Shown piece after piece: positions 35,806 through 47,645 of a stretch of 51,867 bases of DNA (its first letter is position 1; each line of letters begins with the position of its first letter). This stretch comes from Ginglymostoma cirratum (taxonomy: Eukaryota). The translations under genes were made by a program, and so were the position numbers. The notes beneath the pieces were generated by a model that was not told the DNA's origin, searched no databases, and worked only from the letters and a program-made list of their open reading frames with translations. Where the stretch lies: assembly GCA_024137785.1 (NCBI GenBank), contig JAHRHZ010000027.1, forward strand, positions 226,368 to 278,234. Direction: 5' to 3'.

Positions 35806-35833
35806 GATGTTTCGGGTCGAGACCCTTCTTCAG
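35806..35833 (-). ncRNA. Minimal hammerhead core in the inverted PLE terminus (helix III variant)
   Basis: Reverse CTGAAGA-A-GGGTC-TC-GACCC-GAAAC-ATC. Confidence 0.6.
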
Positions 35834-38258
35834 AAATGGGGGAGGGGAAGGGGATTCTGAAATAAATAGGGAGAGAGGGGGAGGCGGATAGAAGATGGAT
35901 AAAGGAGAAGATAGGTTGAGAGGAGACAGTCAGGTCAAAGAGGTGGGGTTAGAACCAGTGAAGGTGAATGCAGTTGGGGATTTAGGTGGGGGATAGGTCA
36001 GTCCAGGGAGGATGGACAGGTCAAGGAGGCGGGATGAGGTTAGTGTGTAGGAGATGGGGGGGTGGGGGGTGCTTGAGGTGGGAGGAATGGTTAGGGAGTG
36101 GGGACTGGCTGGGCTGGTTTTGGGATGTCGTCGGGGGAGGGGAGATTTTGAAGCTTGTGAAGTCCACATTGATACCCTTAGGTTGCAGGGTTCCCAAGCG
36201 AAATATGAGATGCTGTTCCTGCAGCTTTCGGGTGGCATCATTGGGGCAACGCAGGAGGCCCAGGATGGACATGTCGTCCGAGGAGTGGAGGGGGAGGGGG
36301 GGGGGGCGGCGAGTTGAAATGGTTCGCGACTGGGTGGTATAGTTGTTTGTTGCGAACTGAGCTTAGGTGTTCCGCAAAGCGGTCCGCAAACCTCCTTCCC
36401 AAAATCCACAAACCTGACTGCCCTGGCCGACCCATTGTCTCCGCCTGCTCCTGCCCCACTGAACTTATTTCCACCTATCTGGACTCCATTTTCTCCCCCT
36501 TGAGCCAGGACCTCCCTACCTACATCCGTGACACCACCCACACTCTTCACCTCCTCCAGAACTTCCAATTCCCCAGGCCCCAACATCTCATTTTTACCAT
36601 AGATGTGCAGTCCCTATACACCTGCATTCCCCATGCTGATGGCCTAAAGGCCCTCTGCTTCTTCTTGTCCCGCAGGCCCGACCAGTCCCCCTCCCCGACA
36701 CCCTCATCCGCTTAGCTGAACTCGTCCTCACACTCAACAACTTCTCTTTCAATTCCTCCCACTTCCTACAGACAAAGGGGGTGGCCATGGGTGCCTGCAT
36801 GGGCCCAAGCTATGCCTGCCTCTTTGTAGGATACATGGAACAATCCCTCTTCCAAAACTACACTGGTCCTATCCCCCATGTCTTCCTCCGTTACATTGAT
36901 GACTGTTTTGGCGCTGCTTTGTGCTCCCATGAGAAGCTGGAACAGTTCATCCACTTCACCAACACCTTCCACCCCAACCTTAAGTTTACCTGGACCATCT
37001 CTAATACCTCTCTCTCCTTCCTGGACATCTCTGTCTCCATCTCTGGCCTCCACCTGGAAACCGATATCCATTTTAAGCCTACCGGCTCCCACAACTACCT
37101 AGAATACACCTCCTCCCACCCACCTTCCTGTAAAAAGGCCATCCCCTATTCCCAATTCCTTCGCCTCTGCCGCATCTGCTCCTGAGATGAGGCATTCCAC
37201 TCCCGAACATCCCGGATGTCCTCGTTTTTCAAGGACCGCAACTTCCCCTCCACAGTGATCGAAAATGCCCTTGACCGTGTCTCCCGCATTTCCCGCAACT
37301 CATCCTCCACACCCCCTACCCGCTATAATAACCAAAACAGAATCCCTTTCGTCCTCACGTACCACCCCACCAACCTCCAGATCCAACGCATCATCCTCCG
37401 ACATTTCCGCCATCTGCAATCTGACCCCATTACTGAAGACATTTTTCCATTCCCACCCTTATCTGCTTTCCGGAGGGACCACTCCCTCTGCGACTCCCTT
37501 GTCTGCTCCACACACCCCTCTAGCCCTACCCCCCCTGACACTTTTCCCTGCAACCGAAGCAAATGCTACACCTGCCCCTACACCTCCCCCCTTACCCCCA
37601 TCCCAGGCCTCAAGAAGACCTTCCACATCAAACAGATGTTCACCTGCACATCTGCTAATGTGGTATCCTGCATCCGCTGTTCCCGTTGTGGCCTCCTCTA
37701 CATCGGGGAAACCAAGCGGAGGCTTGGGGATCGCATTGCAGAACACCTACACTCAGTTCGCAACAAACAACTACACCTCCCAGTCGTGAACCATTTCAAC
37801 TCGCGCCCCCCACTCCTCGGACGACATGTCCATCCTGGGCCTCCTGCGTTGCCACAATGATGCCACCCGAAAGCTGCAGGAACAGCATCTCATATTTCGC
37901 TTGGGAACCCTGCAACCCAAGGGTATCAATGTGGACTTCACAAGCTTCAAAATCTCCCCTCCCCCGACGACATCCCAAAACCAGCCCAGCTTATCCCCAC
38001 CTCCCTAACCATTCCTCCCACCTCAAGCCCCACCCCCATCTCCTACACACGAACCTCATCCCGCCTCCTTGACCTGTCCGTCCTCCCTGGACTGACCTAT
38101 CCCCCATATAAATCACCACCTACATTCACCTTCACTGGTTCTAACCCCGCCTCTTTGACCTGTCTGTCTCCTCTCAACCTACCTTCTCCTTTATCCATCT
38201 TCTATCCGCCTCCCCCCTCTCCCTATTTATTTCAGAATCCCCATCCCCTCCCCCATTT

Positions 38259-38286
38259 CTGAAGAAGGGTCTCGACCCGAAACGTC
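38259..38286 (+). ncRNA. Minimal type I hammerhead ribozyme core (intact)
   Basis: CTGAAGA-A-GGGTC-TC-GACCC-GAAAC-GTC: conserved core, perfect stem II, palindromic ACGT helix III, GUC cleavage triplet. Confidence 0.7.
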
Positions 38287-38760
38287 AACTTTCCTGCTCC
38301 TCCGATGCTGCTTGGCCTGCTGTGTTCATCCAGCTCCACAACGTTTTAGCTTAAATGGATGGAATTGTTCATTGACTTCAGGAAGCGGATTGAAGGGTAC
38401 GCCCCTGTCCGCATCAATGGTGCTGAGGTGGAGATGGTCGCGAGAGTCAAACTCCTTGGGGTGATGATTACCAAACTTCTGTCCTGGTCCATCCGTGTTG
38501 GCACTACATGCAATAAAGCACTGCAACATCTCTAATTCCTCAGGAGGCTAAAAAAACCCCAGCATATCCATAAAGATTTTCACAAATTTTTACAGATGCA
38601 CCAAATAAATTATATAATGTGGATGCATCACAACATGGTGTGGCAACTGCTCTTCCGAAGGCTGAAAGAAACTACAGAGAGTTGTGAACACAGCCCAGTC
38701 CATGGAGCAAACCAGCTTCCTGTCCATTGACTTCATCCATACTTCTCGCTGCCTCAGGAA

Positions 38761-39320
38761 AGAACAAAGAGAACAAAGAATAAAGAAAATTACAGCACAG
38801 GAACAGGCCCTTCGGCCCTCCAAGCCTGCGCCAATCGAGATCCTCTGTCTAAACCTGTCATCTATTTTCTAAGGGTCTGTATCCCTTTGCTCCCTGTCCA
38901 TCCATGTACCTGTCCAGATACATCTTAAAAGACACTAACGTGTCTGCGTCTACCACCTCCGTTGGCAACGTGTTCCAGGCACCCACCATCCTCTGCGTAA
39001 AGAACTTTCTACGCATATCTCCCGTAAACTTTCCTCCTCTCACTTTGAACTCATGACCCCTAGTAACTGAGTCCCCCACTCTGGGAAAAAGCTTCTTGCT
39101 ATCCACTTTGTCTATACCCCTCATGATTTTGTAGACCTCAATCAGGGCCCCCCTCAATCTCCGTCTTTCTAATGTAAATAATCCTAGTCGGCTCAACCTC
39201 TCTTCATAGCTAGCGCCCTCCATACCAGGCAACATCCTGGTGAACCTCCTTTGCACCCTCTCCAACGTATCCACATCCTTTTGGTAATGTGGCGACCAGA
39301 ACTGTACACAGTACTCTAAC
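38761..39320 (-). mobile_element. Young CR1-type LINE 3' fragment
   Basis: Open frame LEYCVQFWSPHYQKD...RRLRGALIEVYKIMRG...WNTLP; short tandem tail at the left end. Confidence 0.92.
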
Positions 39321-40644
39321 AACAACATCTGTAACAATATAATCATAGACCCCTCCCCCTGAGTTCCAACCTCTCCCCGTCAGGCAGAAGATATAAAAGT
39401 TGTACATGTTCATGGACAGTTTCAAGAACAGCTTCTTCCCCTCTGTTACTAGACTTTTGAATGGCCCTCTTTAATGTTATTGTTGGCCTCTCTCTGCACC
39501 TTCTCAGCAGCTCTAATGTTGTATCCTGTTCTCTGTCCTGTTGCCTTGATGCACCTGCCTCGTACCATCTGCATAACTGCTTTTAATTAAGTGCCGCCCA
39601 TGCCACCTCTGTGCCCTCAGTAATTTTTTCCTAACTCTCGCTCCCACTGTGCCTGAGTACAGTCCCACCTGCGACAGCTGGGGCGGAGGGAGCCTGCTCT
39701 GTATGGGCCCTGTTATCCCTGAAAACCTGGGTCGGGGTCTCTCAGTATTTCAACTGGAATGGCTCAGGCCAGCTTTAAACGTCCGGGCTCACTCTCACCG
39801 ACTGGATCTTCTGCAATGGCTTGGCATCACAGGCAGGTAGGAGATGGAGAGGCCAGACATCACTGCCTGAGAGGAAACATTGAGGGATCTTCTGTGAGGC
39901 TTCTCCTCTCTATGGGTGCCTCCTGACAGCATCCTGTCTCCCTGAGAGGAAGGGGAACCTGGAGTGAAGTCAATAGCCATGTCTCACTCTCACCTCCTCA
40001 GTGATGTTGAGCACCAATGGCTACAGCGATGGAGTGTCGGTCCGTGCTCATATCCAGCAGACTCTGAGTGGGCTGGGCCTGAGTCTGAGTGACAGCTCCT
40101 ACCTCTCCAAGGGGACGGCCAGACACACCGCCTGGGACTGATATTGGGACTAAATTTAAAATTATTTGAAATTAAAATTTAAATTGTGTAAAATATTTTT
40201 CATTCTAAAATTATTTCTATGAAAAATGTTACTAAGTTTAGCACTCTACATGTTTCTAGTTTATTCTAAATGAACACATATTCAGTTTTGGTCCATTCCA
40301 TTAAATCCTCACATAAGTTCACATTTGATGAGAAATGCAATTGTGAAGTTGAGATCTGAAAAAAATGTTTCCACCCTTGTTGCATGCTTTGACGTTCATT
40401 GTGGTTTGACACTGTAAGAAAAATGTATGAATGTTCTCAAGGGGAATGTGTGACAGAAATGTACAAGGAGCCTAAGTGTTTAGTTACTTTTCTTTGCACA
40501 TTGGAGAGGAGCATCCCTGGGGCAGGGCTTGCTGGATGCTAAATCCGTCAGTCCTGGTCCATTTAAAGGACATTATTTGATGCAGGTGGAACAAACAGCG
40601 GACAAATGTACAGGAGTCCTGCCTGAGCTTTATGTGGTCTATCA

Positions 40645-40972
40645 AGCCACACCCCCATCTCCTATCTGCTAACATTATCCCGCCCCCTTGACCTGTCCAT
40701 CCTTCCCGGACTGACCTATCTCCTCCCTACCCCCCTACCTACACTCACCTTTACTGGCTCCATCCCCACCTCTTCGACTTGTCTGCCTCCTCTCCACCTA
40801 TCCTCTCCTCTATCCATCCTCTATCCGCCTCCCCCTCTCTCCCTATTTATTTCAGAACCCTCTTCCCCTCCCCCATTTCTGATGAAGGGTTTAGGCCCGA
40901 AACGAAAAGTTTTCCTGCTCCTATGATGCTGCTTGACCTGCTGTGTTCATCCTGCCCCATGCTTGTTATCTG
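40645..40972 (+). mobile_element. Penelope terminal repeat fragment (family 1) with damaged hammerhead at 40879-40906
   Basis: Homologous to 38020-38345; CTGATGA-A-GGGT-TTAG-GCCC-GAAACG followed by a lost cleavage triplet. Confidence 0.85.
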
Positions 40973-40974
40973 AG

Positions 40975-43085
40975 ATGAGGGAGGAGTTGCCTAAAGTAGA
41001 CTCAAAGCAAAGGGTCTATGGTGGGACAGTTGAGGAACAGTGGAGGACTTTCAAAGCTATTTTTCAAAGTGCTCAGCGAAAGTATATCGCAGCGAAAAGG
41101 AAGGACTGTCGGAAAAGGGGTAATCAGCCATAGATGTGTAAGGAAGTAAGGGAGGCTATTAAATTGAAAGACAAGGCCTACAAAGTGGCAAAGACCTGTG
41201 GGAAAATTGGGAAAATTTTAAATATCAACAGCAAGCCACAAAAAAAGGCTGTAAAGAAAAGTAAGTTAGTTTATGAGATTAAATGAGCTCAGAATATAAA
41301 GACAGAAAGGTTTCTATAATTATTTAAAACAAAAAAGAGTGGCTAAGGTAAACATTGGTCCTTGAGAGGATGAGAAGGGAGATTTAAAAATGGGAAATGA
41401 GGAAATAGCTGAGATATTGAACAGGTATTTTGTGTCGGTCATCACAATGGAGGACACAAATAACTTGCCAGTAATTGACGAAGGAGACGAATGTAGGTGA
41501 GGACCTAGACGTGATCATTTTTACGAAAGAAGTAGTATTGGACAAGCTAATGGAGCTTAAGTTCGATAAGTCTTCTGGAATGCATCCCAGGCTAAGAAAA
41601 GTGTTGGCTGTGTACTAAGAAATGCACTTGTGGTAATTTTCCAAAATTCATTGGATTCTGGAGCAGTTCCAGCAGATTGGAAAACAGTCAATGTGATGCC
41701 ACTGTTCAAACAAGGAAGTAAACAAAAAATGGGGAATTATAGGCTGGTTAGCTTGACTTCTGTAGTTGGGAAAATGCTTGAATCTATCATCAAAGAAGAA
41801 ATAGCAAGATGTCTAGACAGGAATTGTCCGCTTGGGCAGACATAGCATGGGTCCAAGAAAGACAGGTCATGCTTGATTAATTTGTTGAAATTCTATGAAG
41901 ACATTAGGATCACGGTGAACAACGGGGACCCAATAGATGTGGTGTATCTGGATTTCCAAAAGGCATTTAATAAGTTACCGCACAAAATGCTGCTGCACCT
42001 CATAAAAGTGCACAGCATTACAGGCAATGTATCAGCGTGGATCGAGGATTGCTTAACTAACAGGAAGCAAAGGGTGGGGAGAAATGAATTCTATTCTGGT
42101 TGGAGATCAGTGACTAATGGTGTGCCTCAGGGATCAGTGCTGGGACCGCAATTGTTTATCATTTACTTAGGTCATTTGGATTTGGGGACCACATGTAGTG
42201 TGTGTCAAAGTCTGCAGATGACACTAAGATAAGTGGTAGGACAAAGTGTGCAGAGGACTCTGAAAGTTTGCAGAGGAATGTAGACAGTTGAAGTGAGTGG
42301 GCAAAGGTCCGGTAGATGGAATTCAATGTTGGTAAATGTGAAGTCATCCTTTTTGGTAGGAATAACAGTAAAAGGGATGACTATTTGAACAATAAAAAAT
42401 TGAAGCATGCTGCTGTGCAAAGGGACATGGGTGTTCTTGTGCATGAATCGCAGAAGGTTGGTTTGCAGGAGCAACAGGTAATTAAGAAGGCAAATGGAGT
42501 TTTGTCCTTCATTGCTAAAGGGATTGAGTTTAAAAGCAGGGAGGCTACTGTACAGTATATGGTGCTGGTGAGGCCACACCTGGAGCACAGTGTACAGTTT
42601 TGGTCTCCTTACTTGAGAAAGGATGCACTGGCACTGGAGGGGGTGCGGAGGAGATTCAATAGGTTGATTCCAGAGGTAAGAGGGTTGGCTTATGAGGAGA
42701 GGCTGAAGAGACTGGGATTATTTTCATTGGAATTGAGAAGAATGAAGGGTGCCGAACAACATATAAAATTATGAAGGGAATAGATAAGGTGGAAGCAGGG
42801 AGGTTGTTTCCGCTGGTGGGTGCAACTAGAACAAGAGGGTATAGTCTCAAAATTAGGTAAATAAGAATTTGAGGAGGAATTTCTTCACCCAAAGAGTTGT
42901 GCATCTGTGGAATTCCAAGCCCAGTGAAGTAGTTGAGGCTTTTGCATTGAATGCTTTTAAAGCTAAGGTCGACAATTTTTTGAATAGTAAAGAGATTAAG
43001 GGTGATGGTGAGAGTGTGGATAAGTGGAACTGAGACGATGAAAACATTAGCCATGATCTGATTGAATGGCAGGGCGGGCTCGAAA
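40975..43085 (+). mobile_element. CR1-type LINE, ~2.1 kb 3' portion, decayed
   Basis: VPADWKT..NYRLVSLTS, YLDFQKAF, GVPQGSVLGP, MEFNVGKC, VRPHLEH motifs. Confidence 0.93.
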
Positions 43086-43719
43086 GGGTGGGAGAGATGT
43101 TTAAGTATTTGGATACATGTAAAAGCATAAAGGATGATCTTGTGACACAGTGGGTAATATCTTTATTGTTGCGACAAATGCTCAGAGTTTGATTCATTCG
43201 CCAGTACATTTTGCAAAAGGATTGTGCATTCTAAAACAGACAAACAGGTTCATTATCAACCTGCGAATGCTTCCAAAGTGCCCATGACAGGGAGCAATAG
43301 TGGATGAGATTCCAAGTCAACTTTGTTCCAATGCAGAGTGACACCCCTCAAATTACAGCAAATGGCTTCAGGCCAGTGACCTGTTCCTGCTGAAAACAGA
43401 TGCACCATGTGCATTGTCTGCCCCATGTGTCTCTCAATATGGGTCAAATGAACAAATGTAAAAATACATGAGCAATATTAAGAAATATTGTATCTTCTTC
43501 GAAACATCTTATAATACCATGGGACATAGTTACCAAATAACTGAGAGCTGCATTATTAATTCGGAATTAAATGGAAAGGACAACATAAGGCCTTTCAAAT
43601 AACTCACACAATGTAATCAAAATGGAAGTGGCCTGAACTGAAACGTCAACTTTCCTGCTCCTCTGACGCTGCCTGGCATGCTGTGTTCCTGCTGCTCCAT
43701 ACTATGTTGTCTCATAATC

Positions 43720-44700
43720 TCAAAATCACTGAGCTGGCTTGTTTTCGTTCAGACATTTCGGCACCATGCTCGGTGATATCATCAGTGTAACCTCCAATGA
43801 AGTGATACTATTCTACTCCACTTGGAATTTACACTGTTTGGTCCGTTGTGGTGAGTATTGTCATTTCTGATTTGGATCTGTATGGGTTTGTGTATGGGGT
43901 TCAATTCTGTGTTTTTGTTGATTGAAGTATGGGTTGAGAACCATGCCTCTAGGAATTCCTGTACATGTCAATGTGTGGCTTGGGCTACTTTGGTTCCTCT
44001 GTCCCAGTTAAACTAATGGCCTTCATTGTCTGAGTGCACTGATATTAAGGAGAGTTCCTCGTGCCGTTTTGCTGTTAGCTGATGTTTGTATATTCTGATG
44101 GCTAGTTTCCTTCTCAATGTAATGTTTGTGGCAGTCGTTGCATGGTATTTAGTAAACCATATTGGTTCTGCATGTTGTGGGAATGGGGTCTTTAATCCTT
44201 GTGAGTGTTTGTCATTGATTGACTGTGGGCTTGTGGCCCACCATGATTCATATGGTCTTCGGAGTCTTGTTGTCAGTTCTGATATGTTCCTGATGTAGGG
44301 CAGTGTGGCCAGTGTGTTGTGGCGTACTGTGTGCTCCTGTTGTTGTCTGTTTAGTAGGCATCTGCGGGTGAAGTTGTGGGGATATCCGTTTGTAGCGAAG
44401 ATTTTGTATAGGTGCTCTTCCCCTTTCCTGCACAGTGCCGGAGGGTTGCAGTGTGTCATGGCCCATTTAAATAGTGTCCTAAAGCAGCTTTGTTTGTGGA
44501 TGTTGGCGTGTTGCTGTGAAAGTTGAGGATTGGATCAGTGTGGGTTGCTTCTCCGCACACTGAAGTTTGGAACTCCCGTTTGGTCTAACACTCATCTCTA
44601 ACATCCAGAAATGGACGTTGATTGTTGTTTTCTTCTTCTGTTGTTGATGAGTTGGTGGGTCCCTTCCAATTTGTTGTACGCATTTACTTTCCCATATTTC
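43720..44700 (-). mobile_element. Penelope-like element 3' part (family 2) with terminal hammerhead-like motif at 43752-43785
   Basis: NGYP/TLPYI linker, decayed GIY-YIG region; reverse CTGATGA-T-ATCACC-gagcat-GGTGCC-GAAATGTC. Confidence 0.85.
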
Positions 44701-45926
44701 AATGTATTAAAGGTCGCAGGTTTGGGAGGTGCTGTCACATGCACTGCTACTTGGTGATTTCCTGCAATGCATCTAGTAGATGGTAGACATTGGTGCCACC
44801 ATGCATTGAGGAGTGAATGTTGAAGATGGTGGAAATGGTGCCAATTAACTGGGAAACTTTGTCAAGGATGGCACCAAGCTGCTTCAGTGTTGTGGGAGCT
44901 GCACCCATCCAGGGAAGTGGGGAATATTCCATCATACACCTGACATGGGTCTTCCATATAGTGGGCAGTCTCTGGGACGTCAGGAGGAGAGTTATCTCCT
45001 GTGACCAATCCGTGTGGAGGAAGTATCTATCACTGCAATTGCTGGATGCCTAGGTTTTGGAGCTGGGGTGATGCCTGAGGAAACTGTGGACCATCCATGA
45101 GACTATCAGTATTGCGGAAAGCCATATAGAGAGATGGTCCCTCTGCAGCCTGAGACCCTAGAGACGGGGAGGGAATAGATGACCAGCAGAATGAAAAAGC
45201 AGATTGCGCTGGGGTGTGGGGGGGTAGAGACTGGGCCTGAGGGTATGGGGGCTAAATCAGCCCCGTGGTGCGCAGACTTGTCCGTTCTCTCTGCTCCTAC
45301 CCCCTACCCCACCCACACTAGCACCGTCCAATTCCCATTTCGAAGTCACGTCTGTTTTCCGCACATGTACAGTGTGGACTTTGCACATGATGGAACAAGT
45401 GGAGGATCTGGAACTGTGTGCATGCACGTTCTTGAATGAGTGCACACTCACATTTGTCCTGCATTTCCACTGTCAGCACAGGCTGCCTTAGTTTGTTTAT
45501 GGCTGACAGACATATTTTTCAGCAGAATTAGGAACTTATGCTTTTAGCAACGGACAGGAAATAAGACCTCTCAGTGTGACTAACACCTGGCATGGTGTCG
45601 GTAACCACATCTGCAGACCAAGTAACATCCTCCTGGCAGCAATTCTCTGCAAGAAAACAAACAGGCAGGTGTCGAGCTGTGCTTTCTGTTGTAAGAATAT
45701 CTGCAGCTAACAAGGAGCACTGGCATAACCAGTGAAGAAATGGTCAGATCTGACCCCTCTTCAGGAGGGATTTGAAGAGAGGAATTTTCAAAGGACTGGC
45801 TTGCTACCATCTTCTCCCTCACGGAAATTCCTCATTTGACTTTTATTGGAGGCTTCTTTCCTGGAGATCACTCAGAGCTGGGTGAGTGATAACAAGCGCC
45901 AATCTGAACGTTGCAAGGAAAAGAAA

Positions 45927-45963
45927 ATGTGGAGCCTGATTCTACTCATTTATTCGGTGCCCG
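45927..45963 (+). CDS. Copy B exon 1: signal peptide MWSLILLIYSVP
   Basis: Duplicate of 11426-11462 with one change (TTG vs TCG); G|GTGAGT donor. Confidence 0.85.
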
Positions 45964-47645
45964 GTGAGTGACAGCCCGAGCTGGATATTTTGGACAGTCT
46001 GTATTGGCTTACACCTCGTGTACCTGCTATTCAGCCGTGATGTTTAAATAGTCAGGGACACGCATAGGCACGGAATACTCAGGAAAAATGTTTGGGTGAA
46101 GTCTTGTCCCTATTTTATCGAAACTACTTCATCTCAGAAATATTTACCAATATGCAGTAACGTATATTGTTCATGGTTAATTTTAAATAGAGGTTCTCAT
46201 TTAGTTTGTCTCAAGAGCCACCAACAACTTGAAAGAAATGTAGCAGTAACACAATAGATTTGTGAAAAGTGAACTTTTGCATGCATTTGCTATCCAATGG
46301 CTAACTGAATGTTGCGGCGGTAATAATGTCTCTAAGAGAGTTTGCAATTCTTTTTGCTCTTTCAAGAGCGGCTGTTGAAATATTGAAGCTCTGTCAAGGT
46401 CACTGCTCCTCAATGACACACATTTTACGCACAGTGCTACATCAATAAGGAATCTTTTCCTACCATTCTTCAGCTCCAAAGAAGTAAATTTGTCATTTTT
46501 GCATCCACTCCAAAGTAATCTTCTGAATTTAGCTTCAGTGAAATTTTTGATGCATAACATTCATGGAGGAACCTCAGAAATAGCAGAAGGATTCAGCTCT
46601 TTGACCCCTTCAACGATGCTCCATCACTCAACAACATTAAAGCTCCCTCAACACTACTTGCCTGAATAAGACCCATATCTCTGAACAAAAAACATTCACT
46701 CACAGTTACACTGAATATACTTAAAGCTGATTGTCATTCAAAGGTTGGGAACCTTTCAAATCCTCTAACCAAGAGAGCTGAAGGCAAAGTTTCTCCTCTT
46801 CTTCTTCCAAACGCCTGACTCCCATTTTTGAGACTGTGATACTGTGCTCCAGAATCTCCAGCCCTGTGAAATATATGTCCTACATGGGTCTAATCAGGCC
46901 CCCTGGGCTCTTTATATGTTTCGATTCGTCAACACTCATTCCTTTAATTCCTAGGGAAAATAGAACTGATCAGAGAATAATAGAATCATAGATGACTACA
47001 GCAAAGAAAGAGACCCTTTATTCCATTGATCCTGCACCATTTTATAAATAATTTTCCTTCAATTCCTTCCAAACTTCCTGTTCTTACTTCAAGTCTATTT
47101 CGTCTTCCACATCTGTTCCTCCATAATTTTATACATTTCAATCATGTCCCCTCTCAATCGCCATTGTACCAAGTAAACACAACTAATTTATCCAATCTCT
47201 CGTCTTCAATAAATCTCACGTCTAAATTCAAACCTAAGGTGATGTATAGTCTACCGTCTAACTATTGGTGCAAAAAGTAGCAATAACTTTGGTTTGGGAG
47301 ATGACGATGTAGGATCGGTTTGGATGGAGATGAGGAATAATTTGGATGAAGTGATCACTTGTGGGAGTGACTTACAAATCCCTGAACACTTGCCATGATG
47401 TAAGGGGCATTTAAGAAGAAATATATGGCTGCTTGTCATAAAGGGATAGCAATAACTGTGAGTAATTTTTAACCTGTTTGATGAGGGGTTTGTTGAATAT
47501 TTTTGAGACAGTCTCTTACAGCGACACATTCTCGAACCGACCAGATAGCTGGTATTTGGTATTGTCTGAATAGCAGTGACCACAATCTGATTGAAATTTG
47601 TATCACGTTGGAAAGGTAAAGGTATTATTCAATGAGATGGACATG

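Larger units (their letters stand above)
35708..38352 (+). mobile_element. Penelope-like element, 5'-truncated, with inverted terminal segment and TSD
   Basis: RT (LLPKIHK..PGRPIVS, DVQSLYT, AMGACMGPSYACLF, RYIDD) and GIY-YIG (CSRCGLLYIGETKR) in broken frames 36391-38000. ~35740-36395 is an inverted copy of ~37719-38347. Flanked by AAATGGATGGAA(C/T)TG. Confidence 0.92.
35280..39500 (+). mobile_element. Decayed non-LTR retrotransposon (L2/Rex1-like) hosting two nested insertions
   Basis: D(F)SSTFNT-like, WILDFL, RFAD motifs at 35300-35600; resumes 38353-38760 and 39330-39500. Confidence 0.7.

Noticed and set aside
35930-36586. 218-aa Pro/Ser-rich minus ORF
   Set aside because: Spans the inversion junction of the Penelope element; chimeric off-frame read.
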